Shown: positions 62,432 to 64,000 of the stretch, one piece after another
How the letters are laid out: each line of letters opens with the position of its first letter
Position numbering within the stretch: the first letter of the stretch is position 1
NCBI GenBank assembly: GCA_016716835.1
Contig: JADJUW010000003.1
Span: 48,534-112,533 of the forward strand
DNA: 64,000 nt
Direction: 5' to 3'
Source: Myxococcales bacterium
GTDB taxonomy: Bacteria; Myxococcota_A; Polyangia; Haliangiales; Haliangiaceae
Program-made: the position numbers and the translations under genes
The notes under the pieces: generated by a model
What the model was told of the DNA's origin: nothing
Seen by the model: the letters and a program-made list of their open reading frames with translations, nothing else
Database searches by the model: none

Positions 62432-63361
62432 TTAGGTTCCCCCGCCCTCCGAGGCGTCCCCGCGCGGGCCGTAGATGCGAATGCTTATCATCACTTGCAG
62501 GTCTTCGCCGGTGCTGGCCTCGCCCCCGGAGGTCGCCTTGCGCAGCGCGAGGTCGATGCCCATTTTGAGGTTGGCAAACCCGATGCCGCCGGTGAAATAG
62601 GTCGTGGATTCCTGTTGCACGTGCAGCATGCCGCCGCGCAGCGCGTAGCCCGAGGCCTTGTCGCTGCTGGCCAAAAACACCTCCGCGCCGCCGCCGAAGG
62701 TGCCGTCGCCGCTGTGATCGTCGACGTTCCACCGCGCATCGCCGGCGAGCGTGAACATGTCGTTTGGCTTAATAGCCAAGCCGCCGCCGACCTCGCGCTG
62801 GAGCAGGTTATTGTTGCCGGCGAGATTGTAGCCATAGCCGGCAACCGCGAGCACCGGCGTTGGCGCGAGCGTGATCCCGGCGTCCATGGTGAGCGCCTTG
62901 AAATCGCCGCTCGCGTTGCCCCCGCTGTACCAAATGCGCTTCCCCGCGATCCCGATCGAGGCCAAGCCAAAGCGCTTGGCAAGCGTCACGCCCGACGTAT
63001 GGGCGCTGTGCGAAAGCTCGCCCGGCAGATCGCCGGCGCCATAGCGATAATACACACAGCCGGCGATCGGCGTCGTCGAGTCGCAGACGGCGCCACGAAA
63101 GGCCGATCCTTTTGCGTCCTTAAAATAGCCGTAGTCGACTTGGACGGTCAGCTCATTGGTCAAGGCCACGCCCGAGGGATTTAATTCGGGCGACATCGTG
63201 CCCACCGCCGCGGCACGTAGCGATTCGCCCAGCGCGAGGTCGCGGGCTGAGGCGCGAGCAAACACGGGATCGGCCACGACTGAGGTAGCGGCGCCCAGCG
63301 TCAAACCCACCACACTAAGCGCCAGCCATGCGCCGGCGGCGCGCGAACGCGGAGCGCCCAT
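62432..63361 (-). CDS. Putative secreted / outer-membrane beta-barrel-like protein
   Basis: Trimmed to ATG 63361 (MGAPRSRAAGAWLALSVVGLTLGAATSVVA signal). Gly/Ala-rich alternating strands ('VAGYGYNLAG', 'GGIGFANLKMGIDLAL'). Family not recognised. Confidence 0.55.
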   Translation of the reverse strand: MGAPRSRAAGAWLALSVVGLTLGAATSVVADPVFARASARDLALGESLRAAAVGTMSPELNPSGVALTNELTVQVDYGYFKDAKGSAFRGAVCDSTTPIAGCVYYRYGAGDLPGELSHSAHTSGVTLAKRFGLASIGIAGKRIWYSGGNASGDFKALTMDAGITLAPTPVLAVAGYGYNLAGNNNLLQREVGGGLAIKPNDMFTLAGDARWNVDDHSGDGTFGGGAEVFLASSDKASGYALRGGMLHVQQESTTYFTGGIGFANLKMGIDLALRKATSGGEASTGEDLQVMISIRIYGPRGDASEGGGT

Positions 63362-63506
63362 GCCCGAGGCTCTCCCACCAACCGAGGCGCGATCATCGCA
63401 AGCTACCCGTAAATCGAACATGGCCCCAATGTCCCAAGCTCGGCCGATCGGGGCAAGAAACCTGCCCAAAAAATCCGGCACGCGCGTCGCGTTCGCAGTG
63501 CGACCG

Positions 63507-64000
63507 CTAGGGCACCTCTTGTGCCAATTCGTCAATTTCGGCGCGCTCCATCCACTGCTCGAGCGCCGAGCAGTAGCCATCCGGCGCGACGACGACCATG
63601 TCCGAAATAGGGATGCCGATCAGATCGCCTACGGCAACTAGCTGGCGAAGGGCAAGCAAATCGGCTGGGCTGGCGTGCGCCTCGCCAAAGGGATGGGTGT
63701 GGACCAGAAAGCCTGCCGTCGCGCCAACCCGCAGCAGCACGGAAAAGACGTCTTTGGGCAGGACCGCGACCGCATTGGCGGTGCCGAGCGCGACGCAGGT
63801 GGTCTCAATGGGGTGCCCCCCGGCATCGACCCCGATGATCCAGACCGCCTCAAGTTCGTCGCCAAACAAGAGCGGCGTAATCAGCGCGGCGACGTCCGCG
63901 GCGCTATGCAACGCCGGCGGTTTCTGCGTCGCCATTAATTCGCGCGCCAGGTGCATCGCCGCCTCGATGCGACGCGCTGACGCCTCCGAGAGGCCATACT
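63507..64000 (-). CDS. radC: RadC-family JAB/MPN-domain protein (5' end beyond the window)
   Basis: JAMM-like 'FLVHTHPFGEAHASPADL'. The frame stays open upstream of Met 63956 to the window edge, reading 'YGLSEASARRIEAA', which resembles the RadC HhH linker. The gene therefore probably starts past 64000. Confidence 0.8.
   Translation of the reverse strand, partial: YGLSEASARRIEAAMHLARELMATQKPPALHSAADVAALITPLLFGDELEAVWIIGVDAGGHPIETTCVALGTANAVAVLPKDVFSVLLRVGATAGFLVHTHPFGEAHASPADLLALRQLVAVGDLIGIPISDMVVVAPDGYCSALEQWMERAEIDELAQEVP

Noticed and set aside
63507-64000. RadC-like JAB protein as part of a mobile element or defence island
   Set aside because: The frame continues to the window edge with an HhH-like segment, so it looks like an ordinary full-length radC. 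No integrase, TA or phage genes are adjacent within the window.
1-64000. tRNA, rRNA, CRISPR arrays, IS elements, integrases and prophage genes
   Set aside because: I scanned by eye for T-loop consensus (GGTTCGAAT/GGTTCAAAT), regularly spaced direct repeats, terminal inverted repeats and transposase- or integrase-like ORFs, and found nothing convincing. A tRNAscan, Infernal or ISfinder run would be the definitive check.

Overview
The window is a high-GC chromosomal segment (roughly 65-70% by eye). It most likely comes from a member of the Myxococcota: a secreted trypsin-like protease ends in a MYXO-CTERM-type sorting tail, and there are many Cys-rich or lipoprotein exported proteins. Coding density is high and most genes are core metabolism or envelope functions.

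Recognisable content:
- A Cys/Met PLP enzyme, then tesB-thrA-thrB-thrC.
- Two M16 peptidase loci and an M1 aminopeptidase.
- rpsU, queF, and tolQ-tolR-tolA/TonB-like-tolB.
- A 7Fe ferredoxin, a long acyl-CoA dehydrogenase, recD2, aguA-aguB, and an ECF sigma/anti-sigma pair.
- The start of radC at the right edge.
- An ~11 kb surface-glycan cluster at 38.1-49.3 kb: an epimerase, GT4 and GT2 glycosyltransferases, two NodB deacetylases (one fused to a methyltransferase), a Wzy_C/O-antigen-ligase-like protein, and a frameshifted DUF362 gene.

I found no rRNA, tRNA, CRISPR array, transposase or integrase.

Items most worth follow-up:
1. An orphan 68-aa Cys/Thr-rich peptide gene with a double-glycine-type (GA) leader at 49350-49556, a candidate RiPP/bacteriocin precursor with no maturation genes nearby.
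2. A ~300 nt lower-GC unit between queF and a methyltransferase. It has a near-consensus sigma70-like promoter and a strong intrinsic terminator, and a 9-bp SD/anti-SD stem encloses a 19-codon mini-ORF.
3. A tightly coupled operon of active M16, inactive M16 with an extra C-terminal domain, a DUF4105/Lnb-like membrane protein and a secreted protein.
4. An operon of ECF sigma, anti-sigma, orphan peptide-ABC permeases, a Rieske protein and an M1 peptidase.
5. Several uncharacterised exported repeat or paralog families.
6. Two probable single-nucleotide frameshifts.

All functional calls come from motif recognition by eye. No database search or computation was run.
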